Of a stretch of DNA of 64,000 nt, positions 35,401 to 43,332 are shown one piece after another. Position 1 is the stretch's first letter; every line of letters starts with the position of its first letter. The stretch comes from an uncultured Myxococcales bacterium. GTDB lineage: Bacteria > Desulfobacterota > Binatia > UBA1149 > SPBQ01. Both the position numbers and the translations under genes were made by a program. Location: positions 93,239-157,238 of the forward strand of contig CAZKRI010000032.1 in NCBI GenBank assembly GCA_964555245.1, written 5' to 3'. The notes under the pieces are model-generated. The model was given only the letters and a program-made list of their open reading frames with translations. It made no database searches and was not told where the DNA came from.

Positions 35401-35620
35401 CGGTATCACCCCGACCCTATTCTTCTTCGACGTCGTTCGCGGCGGGTACGTCGGTTTCTCGGTCGCGTCGCCTGGCGGCGAGCCGGTCGCCAATCCGATC
35501 GTGACGCAACGGGCCAAGCGGGCCGTGTTCGAGCTTCTCGACCAGAATGACGATCCGGACGCGGTCTGTATTTTCCGGATCCGCAAGGAGCACTTCGAAG
35601 GCCCGCTCACACCGCCGTAA
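32459..35620 (+). CDS. Giant secreted multidomain protein: signal peptide, N-terminal domain, Cys-rich CxDGxxCTxDxC (CTDC-like) repeats, a myxo-type CGNG…GE.CE repeat, and a C-terminal TolB-like (PD40/WD40-like) beta-propeller region.
   Basis: GGGAGG RBS. Signal MPTVTSRFARAVATVACALLLSAARALA. CDDGNVCTDDDC, CDDGLFCTATDVC, CDDGNSCTTNDVC. CGNGTVEPACGETCEPPG. PD40-like GRYLAFASNADVF…GNNEIF, GRYIALATNCDLLD. Confidence 0.75.
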   Translation: MPTVTSRFARAVATVACALLLSAARALAGGAVMVVGHDADDHGFEATYADLYDLLLASTTNGSSGILAIGADAGSAAGNWITTVAGLMNTPQTVTFVNDAAISTASFSGFAIIHVPSTNIDTPGGINSTTEQPLLVARAVDIAGFINGGGSLFGLTQDSVTDAYGYLGLFAEITSVGVPASGDCGGGQQFDNITSTPAGQALGITDTNVDGCCWHNSFTSYPAFLQPLATVDEPGCTSPVIDGHAAMLGCLNCTLPGQMSLAPAVDLNPPGTSHTVTSTFLEGLAPNDPIVGVLTDYDVISGPNAGANGTDTTNVNGQASFTYTSNGSIGVDRIQAAAQDPSTLDIVTSNTAIKFWDEDCNSNSIPDTCDLDCNGFADDCLLFAGCGTSADANGNSVPDDCDECLTDADCDDGNVCTDDDCVLPAAQCTNIPNTAPCDDGLFCTATDVCAGGVCTGSGDPCPGQFCDEANDQCADCTANAQCDDGIACTVDTCTPGGTCASAPDDSLCPDTTCTNGVCNAISGCGSTPTNEGGPCDDGNSCTTNDVCIAGVCTGTSDTCGNGTVEPACGETCEPPGTLTCASDCTDAEFCRGPIPPPGVDCNDPLTPPELCDPCDLICFPGEQPTVRRAAGRIGFVSDENYTGTNIDGNDEIHIFDLKHFLRRKKKGAAQPVALIDSVVQITDTTVNGVSAIAVNEAPSFNASGRYLAFASNADVFGDGLSDDGNNEIFHHKLTVKKSKIIKTKITVDLQESNRITATAGVDNRNPNLRAFRGNLLIFDSPGDLVPDRCSGGDLDLELCTTNADCAGAVCGNPEGNREVFEWVRSESSGDTPLRQLTASPSGTSTVGQAGNFNTKATVFSSDADLIGQNPDGIGQIYRIIKKPENLVQISQLTDATTPGATASDPVQSRKPLATFISDADLTGANPLTLDQVFLWRESGAPAFTQITDTPSGLCEYDAPAIDGGGRYIALATNCDLLDSTVGITPTLFFFDVVRGGYVGFSVASPGGEPVANPIVTQRAKRAVFELLDQNDDPDAVCIFRIRKEHFEGPLTPP

Positions 35621-35724
35621 ACAACCGGCATGGAACGGCAACGAGCGAATCCGCGTTGACAGCCGTCGCTGCGGGAGAGTAAGACCGTGGCAGAGAACGC
35701 CGTCTCCCGGAGGAGGCTGCTGCC

Positions 35725-36024
35725 ATGGCTCAATCGTACGGTCGACGCGTCACGGGTATCGCGCTCGGTCTGCTCGCCGGCTTCGCACTTCAGCGGCCGG
35801 CTACCGCAGCGACGATCTGCCCCGCCAAGCCGTTCTCAGGATGCGTAACGAGCGAGAAGGCGTCGTTCCAGATCCGCGGCGACTCGGATGACGCCCGTGA
35901 CCAGCTCAAGTGGAGCTGGTCGAAGGGAGCGGCGGTCGGCCAGGCCGAACTTGGAGATCCCTCGGTGACCACGGCTTACGCCCTGTGCATCTATGATTCG
36001 ACGGGCAGCGCACCCTGCCCGTAA
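35725..36024 (+). CDS. Small secreted Cys-containing protein (99 aa). A truncated paralog of the C-terminal domain of the 23480..25084 protein; possible gene remnant.
   Basis: Signal-like GIALGLLAGFALQRPATAA. KASFQIRGDSDDARDQLKWSWSKGAAVGQAELGDPSVTTAYALCIYDS aligns with KSSLQIKNDADNTKDSFKWKWNKGVATVIGDFQTPTVAGSTYRLCVYDAS. Confidence 0.45.
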   Translation: MAQSYGRRVTGIALGLLAGFALQRPATAATICPAKPFSGCVTSEKASFQIRGDSDDARDQLKWSWSKGAAVGQAELGDPSVTTAYALCIYDSTGSAPCP

Positions 36025-36174
36025 ATGGGGTCAGGTCAGATTTTCGACGAATCTCATGCGCACCGTGCCAGAGAGAGTTTCTCCTGGTCCGATCACTCGT
36101 AGACCGGTCAGCTCGCGCGACTCGAAACCGTTTGCATGACGCAGCGTCAGGATCGGCACCGCCACTAGTCGCGT

Positions 36175-37371
36175 TCAGAACACATCCATCGTGGGGAACG
36201 CGTCCGTAGCCCGGATGCAACTCCACAGGTAGATCGCCAGGCCGAGATCTCCCGTCCACAGCGAGTATCGATAGCGGCCGTACTCCTCGTGGTGCCGTTC
36301 GCACTGCGCGATCCCGTGCATCGCGAACGCTCGCGCCCGATCCAGCCAGAGCTGGTTCCGAGTCCGGCGAAAGAGCTTGAGGAAGGCGTAGCCGTTGCCC
36401 GCCGTTCCGTGACAGAGATTGGCGCCCTTTTGCAGGGGACCAGCGGTCCAGATCAGCTCTCCTGCTTCGCTCAGCAGCTCATCGAGGGCGGAATCAGGAA
36501 GCTCGGCAAGGCAAGTCACCACGCCCGGGGCGCCGTGACAGTGTTGGACCAGCAGCGCGGTGCGGCCGGGCCGCGGGGTGCCCACGCTCTGAGGCCAGTT
36601 TACCCGGCCCTCTGCGCGCAGTGCCGTCGCGGTGATGGTCTCCACGATGCGACGTTGCCACTGGCGCCAATCGGCCGGCGGCAGCACTCGGCGACCGCGA
36701 ATGAGGGCGAACGCGTTGCCCGCGAAGCCATGGACGGCGCCCAACAGCTTGGAACGGGCGCCGAGAAAATCTTGCGTCCAGAGATAGCAGCCGTGCTCGG
36801 AGTCTTGCTCGAGTGCGCGGCCGAGCGCGCTGGCGCTACGGCGAAACAGTTCGGCCCAGGACTCATCCCCGGTCCACTCATGCATCGCGAGCGCCGCCAG
36901 CATGGTTCCGGGCGAGCCCAACATGAGCTCGAGGGCTGGGTGCTCCTCGTTCCCCGAGATCGCCTTGGCAAGCTCCGTCGCAACTTCCGGCGAGCGGCTC
37001 CGCTTCCAGGAGAGCAGAAGAATGCCGGCATCTCCCACGAGCAGGGAACCGGTGTCCGGCGTGAAGAGCCGGACGGTGGCGCGATTCGGCTCGAGCAGTC
37101 CGGCCAGCGCCTCCGCGAAATCCGCGGGCGGTCCTGCCGCGCCAACCTCGTGGAGATAGTCGAGGCCCCACATGACGCCGGCCGCGCCGAAGTAGAGCAT
37201 CCGCAGCGGTTCGGTCGCAGCCGGGGAGTCGAGAGCATGGGCCGGCCACAGGCCGTTCGTCGTAAAGTCCCGTTGCGTCGCGGCCGCGATCCGCTCGATG
37301 GCGTCCCGAGCCGCGGCCACGTCCCACGGCGTGCCGATGAGTGGCTCGTGTCTCTCGGTCTCGAACAACAT
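36175..37371 (-). CDS. LanC-like protein (lanthionine synthetase C-like fold), stand-alone.
   Basis: Conserved LanC motifs: …AHG-like, VQHCHGAPGVV (WCxG/CHG) and LCHGTAGNGYAF. Size about 400 aa. Confidence 0.7.
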   Translation of the reverse strand: MLFETERHEPLIGTPWDVAAARDAIERIAAATQRDFTTNGLWPAHALDSPAATEPLRMLYFGAAGVMWGLDYLHEVGAAGPPADFAEALAGLLEPNRATVRLFTPDTGSLLVGDAGILLLSWKRSRSPEVATELAKAISGNEEHPALELMLGSPGTMLAALAMHEWTGDESWAELFRRSASALGRALEQDSEHGCYLWTQDFLGARSKLLGAVHGFAGNAFALIRGRRVLPPADWRQWQRRIVETITATALRAEGRVNWPQSVGTPRPGRTALLVQHCHGAPGVVTCLAELPDSALDELLSEAGELIWTAGPLQKGANLCHGTAGNGYAFLKLFRRTRNQLWLDRARAFAMHGIAQCERHHEEYGRYRYSLWTGDLGLAIYLWSCIRATDAFPTMDVF

Positions 37372-37485
37372 GCGTGCGGCACCTCGCTTGGAGGCACAAG
37401 CGGTACGGGTTTGCCTGGCCTGCCATCACGTGTCCATTGGTGACCTGCTTTGCCGGCACCCGATCGCGTGTTAGCGTAGCGCAGC

Positions 37486-37905
37486 ATGGGGCAGGTCGTT
37501 CCACCTTTAGCATCCGGTCTCGATGATGCTGTAGCGCTCATCGGCAGGCGCTTCGCGCCGGCCGCGATCCTGCTCTACGGCTCGGCCGCTCGCGGCGAGC
37601 TACGTCGCGACAGCGACATCGACATCGGGATTCTGTTCGGAAGCCAGCCCCCGGATGCATTCGAGCTCGCGTCGACACGCACGGACGTCGAAGCACGGGT
37701 CGGACGCGACGTTGACCTCGTCGTCCTCGATACCGCGTCGCCAATTCTGTCGATGGAAGTGCTGCGCGAGCATCGAGTCCTGCTCAACCGCGCTCCTGAG
37801 ATCATGGAGAGCTTCATCGTGAAAACCCTCGGGGCGTACTTCGATCTCAAGCGCGTCCGGCGCCCCATCGAGGAAGCGCTGCGACGTCCGACCGTCTCCG
37901 CATGA
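37486..37905 (+). CDS. mntA: Minimal nucleotidyltransferase (MNT-type) antitoxin.
   Basis: GSAARGELRRDSDIDIGILF NTase motif. ATGA overlap with the downstream HepT gene. Confidence 0.75.
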   Translation: MGQVVPPLASGLDDAVALIGRRFAPAAILLYGSAARGELRRDSDIDIGILFGSQPPDAFELASTRTDVEARVGRDVDLVVLDTASPILSMEVLREHRVLLNRAPEIMESFIVKTLGAYFDLKRVRRPIEEALRRPTVSA

Positions 37906-38333
37906 CGGACGCGGTTCTCGCAAAGCTCGCTTCCATCCGGCGGTACCTGCAGCGAATTCGCGATGTCACCCGTGGCGATGCGTCCAGGGTGTCCGATATC
38001 GACGTTCAAGACGTCGTAGTCCTCAATCTCCAACGGGCAATCCAGGCCGCGATCGACCTGGCCGCTTACCTGATCTCCCGCCGGCGGTGGGGCTTACCGG
38101 ATTCCTTGAAGGCACACTTCACTATCCTACAGCAAGAGAGAGTCATCGACGCTAGCCTCTGCCAGCGACTCGAAGCGATGGTTGGCTTTCGCAACATCGC
38201 CGTTCACGACTACCAAGCTCTGGACCCGAAGGTTCTGCAGCGAATCGTTGCCGAACGACTGGGTGATTTGGAGAGCTTCGCCGTGGCAATCACGCGAGTG
38301 CTGGCGAAAGACGCGGGAACGCCCCTTCCGTAA
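37902..38333 (+). CDS. hepT: HepT-like (DUF86, HEPN-fold) RNase toxin.
   Basis: HEPN R-x(4-6)-H motif in FRNIAVHDY. Size and genetic pairing with MNT. Confidence 0.75.
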   Translation: MTDAVLAKLASIRRYLQRIRDVTRGDASRVSDIDVQDVVVLNLQRAIQAAIDLAAYLISRRRWGLPDSLKAHFTILQQERVIDASLCQRLEAMVGFRNIAVHDYQALDPKVLQRIVAERLGDLESFAVAITRVLAKDAGTPLP

Positions 38334-38678
38334 CTCTCGCGGACCTGAACTCTCGCCAGGCTGGCCCAGTGTCTCTGCGAACTCTTCCCGAGCTCACCAC
38401 CGGCGGTCCTGGGCGGGGCCTCCGGCCGCTCTGGTCGGAATTTGCCAGGCGTCTGCAGTACCAGTGTCTTGCACAAACGCTGGGACAGCTGTCGGGTCAG
38501 CTGCTGCGAGTCGCACACCCCATGCCCTCCGCCCATGCAATCGTACGCCCAGCGAACCTTAGAGGACGTAAATGGTCGGCCGACGGCTTGACAGCCGACA
38601 CCTCGGCCCGCAATCCTGAGATGATCGATGCACTGTGAGGGCCGGGCCACCGGCTCGCGAACAGCGGAGGAAAGCCCA

Positions 38679-39785
38679 ATGAGCCGTACCGATAGATATA
38701 CTCGGATGAGCGTGGTGTTTTCGGTCGCGGTCATTCTCGGCGTGCTCGACGCGACGAGTTGGGCCGACACGGGGGCAGACCACCGCCTCAAGCAGAGCCT
38801 GCCGATCAAGCTCGGAACATCGGGAGGCAGCGTCGCGGATACGAGCAAGGCGTTCTGCTGTGGGGGCACTCTGGGAGCAGCCGTGACCTGCAACGGGGCC
38901 GTCCACATTCTCTCAAACAACCACGTCCTGGGGCGCTCCGGCAGCGCAGCCGCCGGCGAAGATGCCATACAGCCCGGCTTGATCGACAGCGGCTGCAGAG
39001 CCAACCAGGCGAACGTCGTTGCCGACTACGCGGGCAACCTCGTGCCGCTTGGAACCGCCAACGTCGATGCCGCGCTCTCGATCGCCCGGCCGGGAGCCGT
39101 GAACACGAGCGGGGAAATCCTAGACATCGGGGTCCCCTGCGCGACTGCGAAAGCGGTAACCATCGGCATGCCCGTGGCAAAGAGCGGTCGCACGACCGGT
39201 TTCACGATGGGAACGGTACAGGCGATCAATGCCACGGTATCGGTGCAGTACCAGAAGGGCTGCAACGCCGGCAAGAAGTTCTCGGTGCGGTTCGAGAACC
39301 AGATAACGGTGACGCCTGGTACCTTCCTACAGTCGGGTGACTCCGGATCGCTCATGGTCACCAACGATTCGAATCATCAGCCCACTGGCCTGCTCTTTGC
39401 GGGCAGTAGCAGCATCGCGATCGCCAACCCGATCCAGGACGTGATCGATGCCTTCGCACCGGTGTGCGGGGGAGACTTAGCGTTCGTGGGTGCGGCCTGC
39501 GCGGCCAACGCCTCGTTGATGGTCGGCATGGCGGAACCGGATCCCTCGCAGATTGCCCTGGCCAGCGCCGTCAAAGGGCGGCACGTCGGTCAGCTCATGT
39601 CCGACGACGCCGTACTGGGCGTCGGCGTGGGCGCTTCGGAAGACGATCCCAGCGAGGCGGCGATCGTGCTCTATCTCGAGCAGGGCCGCAGCCACCGGCC
39701 GCTTCCTGCGAAGCTCGATGGCGTACGGGTGCAGGTGGTTCTGACTGACCGGATCGTTGCGCGCGTGGGAGCGTGCGGCGACTGA
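38679..39785 (+). CDS. Secreted S1-family (chymotrypsin/trypsin-like) serine protease with a C-terminal extension of roughly 100 aa.
   Basis: GGAGG RBS. Signal MSRTDRYTRMSVVFSVAVILGVLDATSWA. Catalytic serine motif LQSGDSGSLMV. His region HILSNNHVLG. Confidence 0.7.
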   Translation: MSRTDRYTRMSVVFSVAVILGVLDATSWADTGADHRLKQSLPIKLGTSGGSVADTSKAFCCGGTLGAAVTCNGAVHILSNNHVLGRSGSAAAGEDAIQPGLIDSGCRANQANVVADYAGNLVPLGTANVDAALSIARPGAVNTSGEILDIGVPCATAKAVTIGMPVAKSGRTTGFTMGTVQAINATVSVQYQKGCNAGKKFSVRFENQITVTPGTFLQSGDSGSLMVTNDSNHQPTGLLFAGSSSIAIANPIQDVIDAFAPVCGGDLAFVGAACAANASLMVGMAEPDPSQIALASAVKGRHVGQLMSDDAVLGVGVGASEDDPSEAAIVLYLEQGRSHRPLPAKLDGVRVQVVLTDRIVARVGACGD

Positions 39786-40458
39786 GCACCCGGCTCAACG
39801 CTTCCAGGCACTCGCGTCCAGTACCCGATTGGCGATCAGGTAACGCTTCGACCAATAACCACGGTCGAGCCCCGACAGGATCATCCCCCTGCTTAGCCGA
39901 CACGCCGGCGAACTCGCCACGTCCGAGGTAAAAACCGACGTGCTAACGGTTGGACCATAATGTGGTTTTTTTGGCCACCTCGTCGAGCAGGCGCTCCGCC
40001 ACCACCTGCAGGCGCTGCACGAGCTACCGTCCGACGTCATCATTCATCCCCAGTTGGTGGTCACGCGGAAGTCCGGGGACGCGATCCTGAAAGAGTTGAA
40101 GACCGGGAAACCCTCGCGAGCGTTGCGCGCCCTCTTGCGCAATGGAGACTAGACCGCAACCTGGGGAAAACATACGTCGCCGTCGAGGGCGGCTCGAACT
40201 CTCGGCCGCAACCTATGCCCATGTTCCTTTCGATGCGCGCCATCAAGGCTGGAATCGGCTGACGCGACGCTCACCGAGACCCGTACCGCCCCTGACGCAT
40301 GCTGGGGCGCGCGCGCCTTTGGTCACCCGCGGCACAGCTCCCAGGCGCAAGGGGTGTGCGTGCGGGCAGCCACTTGGGGAACCAGTGCCGTTCCGGCGCT
40401 GCAAAATACCAGCACGGGTGTTGACGGCCCCGAAAGCGGCGGGATAACCTTATCTTCC

Positions 40459-41415
40459 ATGATCAGATCTAAAGCCGTATCGACCCTGCTGTTTCTCATG
40501 CTCTTCGCTGTCTCATCGGCCCTCGCAGCCGACGACACGAATGACGGCCAAGCCGGAGTGTGCATCGAGCGCTGCCTGCGCTCGGCGCACGAGCTTTTTC
40601 ATGACTGCGTCGCCGCAGGCGGTGACCCCACCGTCTGCCGAGCCGACGCCCAAGTAGCTTTCCGTGAGTGCATGGCAACGAATTGCGAGCCGCCCGGCTG
40701 CGAAGAGCGCTGTGCGAACAAAGCAGCCAAGCTCGAGCAGCGCTGCCTCGAGGCGGGGATCGCGCCCGACCGTTGCGCAGCGATCTCGCAGGAGGCGGAA
40801 ACGCGCTGCGTCGCCGCGTACTGCGAACCCGACCTGCGCCCGTGCGAGCGTAGGTGTGTACGCTTGGCGCATCGCCTGCTCCACGCCTGTGTGAAGGAAG
40901 GTGGCGATCCGGAGACCTGTGCTTCGCGCGCGCGCGAAGTCGCGCAGAACTGCATCGCGGACCACTGCAGTCCGCCTACCTGCGAGGATCGCTGCGCGCG
41001 GCTTGCAGGCGCGATTCGTGACGCGTGCGTTCTGGCGGGCGGTACCGAAGAGGAGTGCGCCACGCTTGGCCGCGCGGCGTACCATCGCTGCACCAACCTG
41101 CACTGCGATCCGTCGCTTCGCTGCGAGCGCAAATGCGCAGCGTTGGCGCACGGGGCGATTGCAGCGTGCTTGGCCGGTGGCGGCGATCCGTTGGACTGCG
41201 AGGAGACTGGCAGGACGGTATTCAAGAAGTGCCTCGAACGACGGTGTGAGCTGCCACCACCCACCAACCCGTGCGAGGAACGATGCGAAACCGTTGCCCG
41301 AACCGTCTACGACACCCTGGTCGCCGGCGGATTGGATCCCGAGCGCGCGGCGTACAAGGCGCGGGCGCTGTACCGTCGCTGCGTGGCGGGGCTGTGTTCC
41401 GACATCGGTAGCTGA
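40459..41415 (+). CDS. Secreted protein built of six ~48-aa cysteine-rich repeats (CExRCxx[LA]AxxxxxxCxxxGGDPxxCxxxAxxxxxxCxxxxCxPP). No recognisable family.
   Basis: Signal MIRSKAVSTLLFLMLFAVSSALAA. Repeats read directly: CIERCLRSAHELFHDCVAAGGDPTVC…, CERRCVRLAHRLLHACVKEGGDPETC…, CERKCAALAHGAIAACLAGGGDPLDC…. Confidence 0.6.
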   Translation: MIRSKAVSTLLFLMLFAVSSALAADDTNDGQAGVCIERCLRSAHELFHDCVAAGGDPTVCRADAQVAFRECMATNCEPPGCEERCANKAAKLEQRCLEAGIAPDRCAAISQEAETRCVAAYCEPDLRPCERRCVRLAHRLLHACVKEGGDPETCASRAREVAQNCIADHCSPPTCEDRCARLAGAIRDACVLAGGTEEECATLGRAAYHRCTNLHCDPSLRCERKCAALAHGAIAACLAGGGDPLDCEETGRTVFKKCLERRCELPPPTNPCEERCETVARTVYDTLVAGGLDPERAAYKARALYRRCVAGLCSDIGS

Positions 41416-41559
41416 CTGTCGGACTGAGCACCCAGCTGCGACATGCTGACGGCCCGTGACGGCACCACCGTCGCCCACCAGGAGTCGTGCAAGCTGGCAT
41501 CGCACCTGCGAAATAGTGAGGCTTGCCTCGGGCTCGTACATGGAGTCCTATCGCAACCC

Positions 41560-42051
41560 ATGGATGAGATCCTCCGAGCGTGCGACGGGATAGCGTCGGA
41601 GCGTACGATCCCGGCCGGCGAAACGCTTCTCGCGGAGGGCCAGCGAGTCGGCGTCCTCTTCATCTTGGTCGATGGCGAGGTCGAGGTTCTCAAGGGCGAT
41701 TTTCGGATTCACTCGATCTCTGAGCCGGGCTCGGTCTTCGGTGAGATCTCGGTACTACTCGACGCGCCACACACGGCGACGGTCAAGACCACGTCGCCGT
41801 GCCGGTTCTACGTCGTCGAGGACCCGCTCGAATTTCTGCGCTCGCGGCCCGAGATCGCGCTCGACATCGCGAGACTTCTCGCCGAGCGGCTGCACGCAAT
41901 GACTACTTACCTCGTCGATCTAAAACAGCAGTTCGAGGGCAGCGACGACCACTTCGGCATGGTCGACGAAGTGCTCGAGACGCTGGGCCATGCACAGCGC
42001 GGGCGGCACGTGCCGGGCTCCGACCGCGACCCCGATCCGACCGTATCCTGA
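41560..42051 (+). CDS. Cyclic-nucleotide-binding (cNMP/CAP-like) domain protein with a short C-terminal tail.
   Basis: …LLAEGQRVGVLFILVDGEVEVL…SVFGEISVLLDAPHTATVKT… beta-roll pattern of cNMP-binding domains. Start at MDEILRAC (the frame is open from 41443). Confidence 0.55.
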   Translation: MDEILRACDGIASERTIPAGETLLAEGQRVGVLFILVDGEVEVLKGDFRIHSISEPGSVFGEISVLLDAPHTATVKTTSPCRFYVVEDPLEFLRSRPEIALDIARLLAERLHAMTTYLVDLKQQFEGSDDHFGMVDEVLETLGHAQRGRHVPGSDRDPDPTVS

Positions 42052-42071
42052 GCAGCACGCGACGCGCGCTT

Positions 42072-42833
42072 TCACGCGAGAGCGGCGACCGGGCGCACCA
42101 ACGGTTCTCCGAGGTCGACGTACTCGCTGCCCGCAAGCGAGAACCACATTGCACGCCGCTCGTCGGTGTCGATGACGATGTGGCAGGGAACCGGCCCGAT
42201 CTGTCTGCCGGAATTGAACACCCAGGTGTCGCCAATGCGGTCGACCCACGATCCGCCTGCACGGAACGGTGACTGATGGATGTGGCCGGTGAACACCATG
42301 TCGGGGCGGTACTGGGAGATCCATGCCGACAGGTCGCTATCGCCGTAGTGCCGCGTTCCCGCCCAGCTCGTCGGCGATTGGTTGGGTGGGGAGTGATAGA
42401 TCCATACCCAAGGGTGCTTGCTGCCGTCTCGCAGCGCTCCGTCACGCGCGAGCTGCGCGGCCACTTGCTCTCGCGTCGCGGAGCCGTCCCACCAGGGGCA
42501 CACGGTGAACAGCGTGCCGTCGACCTCGAGCGCGTCACCGTCGGTAGACACGCCGAGCTTACGCACCCGGGCCATCCACCCTGCGACCTTCTCGCCGGCA
42601 TCGTTGGTGGCGTTGAGATCGTGGTTGCCTGAGCACACCAGAAGCTTCGCCCGCGAGCTCACACGCTGGAGGTACTTCAGGGTGACGACAATCTGTGCCT
42701 CGAGGGCCACGGCCGACGAGACGTCGAGATGATCACCCGCGACGACGACGAGAGAGAATTGGTCCGCCGTTTTCTGGAGCCAATCGAGCTGCTTGAGCGT
42801 GTAGTGAAGGTCTGAGACGAGGAGGCATCTCAT
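42072..42833 (-). CDS. Calcineurin-like metallophosphoesterase with class-III cyclic-nucleotide phosphodiesterase-like motif set.
   Basis: VSDLHY, AGDHLD, SGNHD, GHIHQ motif series (D…GD…GNH[DE]…GHxH). Confidence 0.7.
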   Translation of the reverse strand: MRCLLVSDLHYTLKQLDWLQKTADQFSLVVVAGDHLDVSSAVALEAQIVVTLKYLQRVSSRAKLLVCSGNHDLNATNDAGEKVAGWMARVRKLGVSTDGDALEVDGTLFTVCPWWDGSATREQVAAQLARDGALRDGSKHPWVWIYHSPPNQSPTSWAGTRHYGDSDLSAWISQYRPDMVFTGHIHQSPFRAGGSWVDRIGDTWVFNSGRQIGPVPCHIVIDTDERRAMWFSLAGSEYVDLGEPLVRPVAALA

Positions 42834-43031
42834 CGCGCGGCGCCGCGCTCATGGTTTGCGCCGGAGTGAGTCCCAACGCAACAAGCTAGCCGCACGGCCA
42901 TGGACGCGGACTGGAGGCCGTGGAGCGTTTCGTTTCTAGCGGAACCGGCACCGCTACCGGGACCAGTGACGAAGCCGAAGAGTGCGTCGCGGAAGCAGCG
43001 GCGAAGTCGTTGAACTAGCGGGGAAAACGGA

Positions 43032-43104
<73 letters not shown>

Positions 43105-43155
43105 CGGGGCTCTGTTATACGTGTGCGACCTTGGGATCAAGGTCGCGGGAGAGAA

Positions 43156-43232
43156 TGGGGTGAGCGACGGGATTCGAACCCGCGACAACCGGGACCACAA
43201 CCCGGGGCTCTACCGCCTGAGCTACGCCCACC
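43156..43232 (-). tRNA. tRNA-His (anticodon GTG) with extra 5' G(-1) and encoded 3' CCA.
   Basis: Reverse complement GGTGGGCGTAGCTCAGGCGGTAGAGCCCCGGGTTGTGGTCCCGGTTGTCGCGGGTTCGAATCCCGTCGCTCACCCCA. Anticodon loop uuGUGgu. 8-bp acceptor stem typical of tRNA-His. Confidence 0.85.
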
Positions 43233-43332
43233 ACAAGCATTGGCCGCGTCTCGCCGGCCCTCGCTGCGCCCCTCACGACGAGACGCGATCGACAGCGGGA
43301 GAGCCTAGGGCGATTGCGCCCCGGAGTCCAGT

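Noticed and set aside
36289-37541. ORFs 36289..37443 (+), 36600..37541 (-), 36878..37513 (-)
   Set aside because: They overlap the LanC-like gene, whose frame carries the conserved CHG/WCxG motifs. The others are Arg-rich alternative frames.
38679-42833. CBASS- or Pycsar-like defence module (S1 protease, cNMP-binding protein, phosphoesterase)
   Set aside because: No CD-NTase or pyrimidine cyclase is adjacent. The cNMP-binding protein has no effector domain (TM, TIR or nuclease). The cyclase is 21 kb away and is a canonical class III type.
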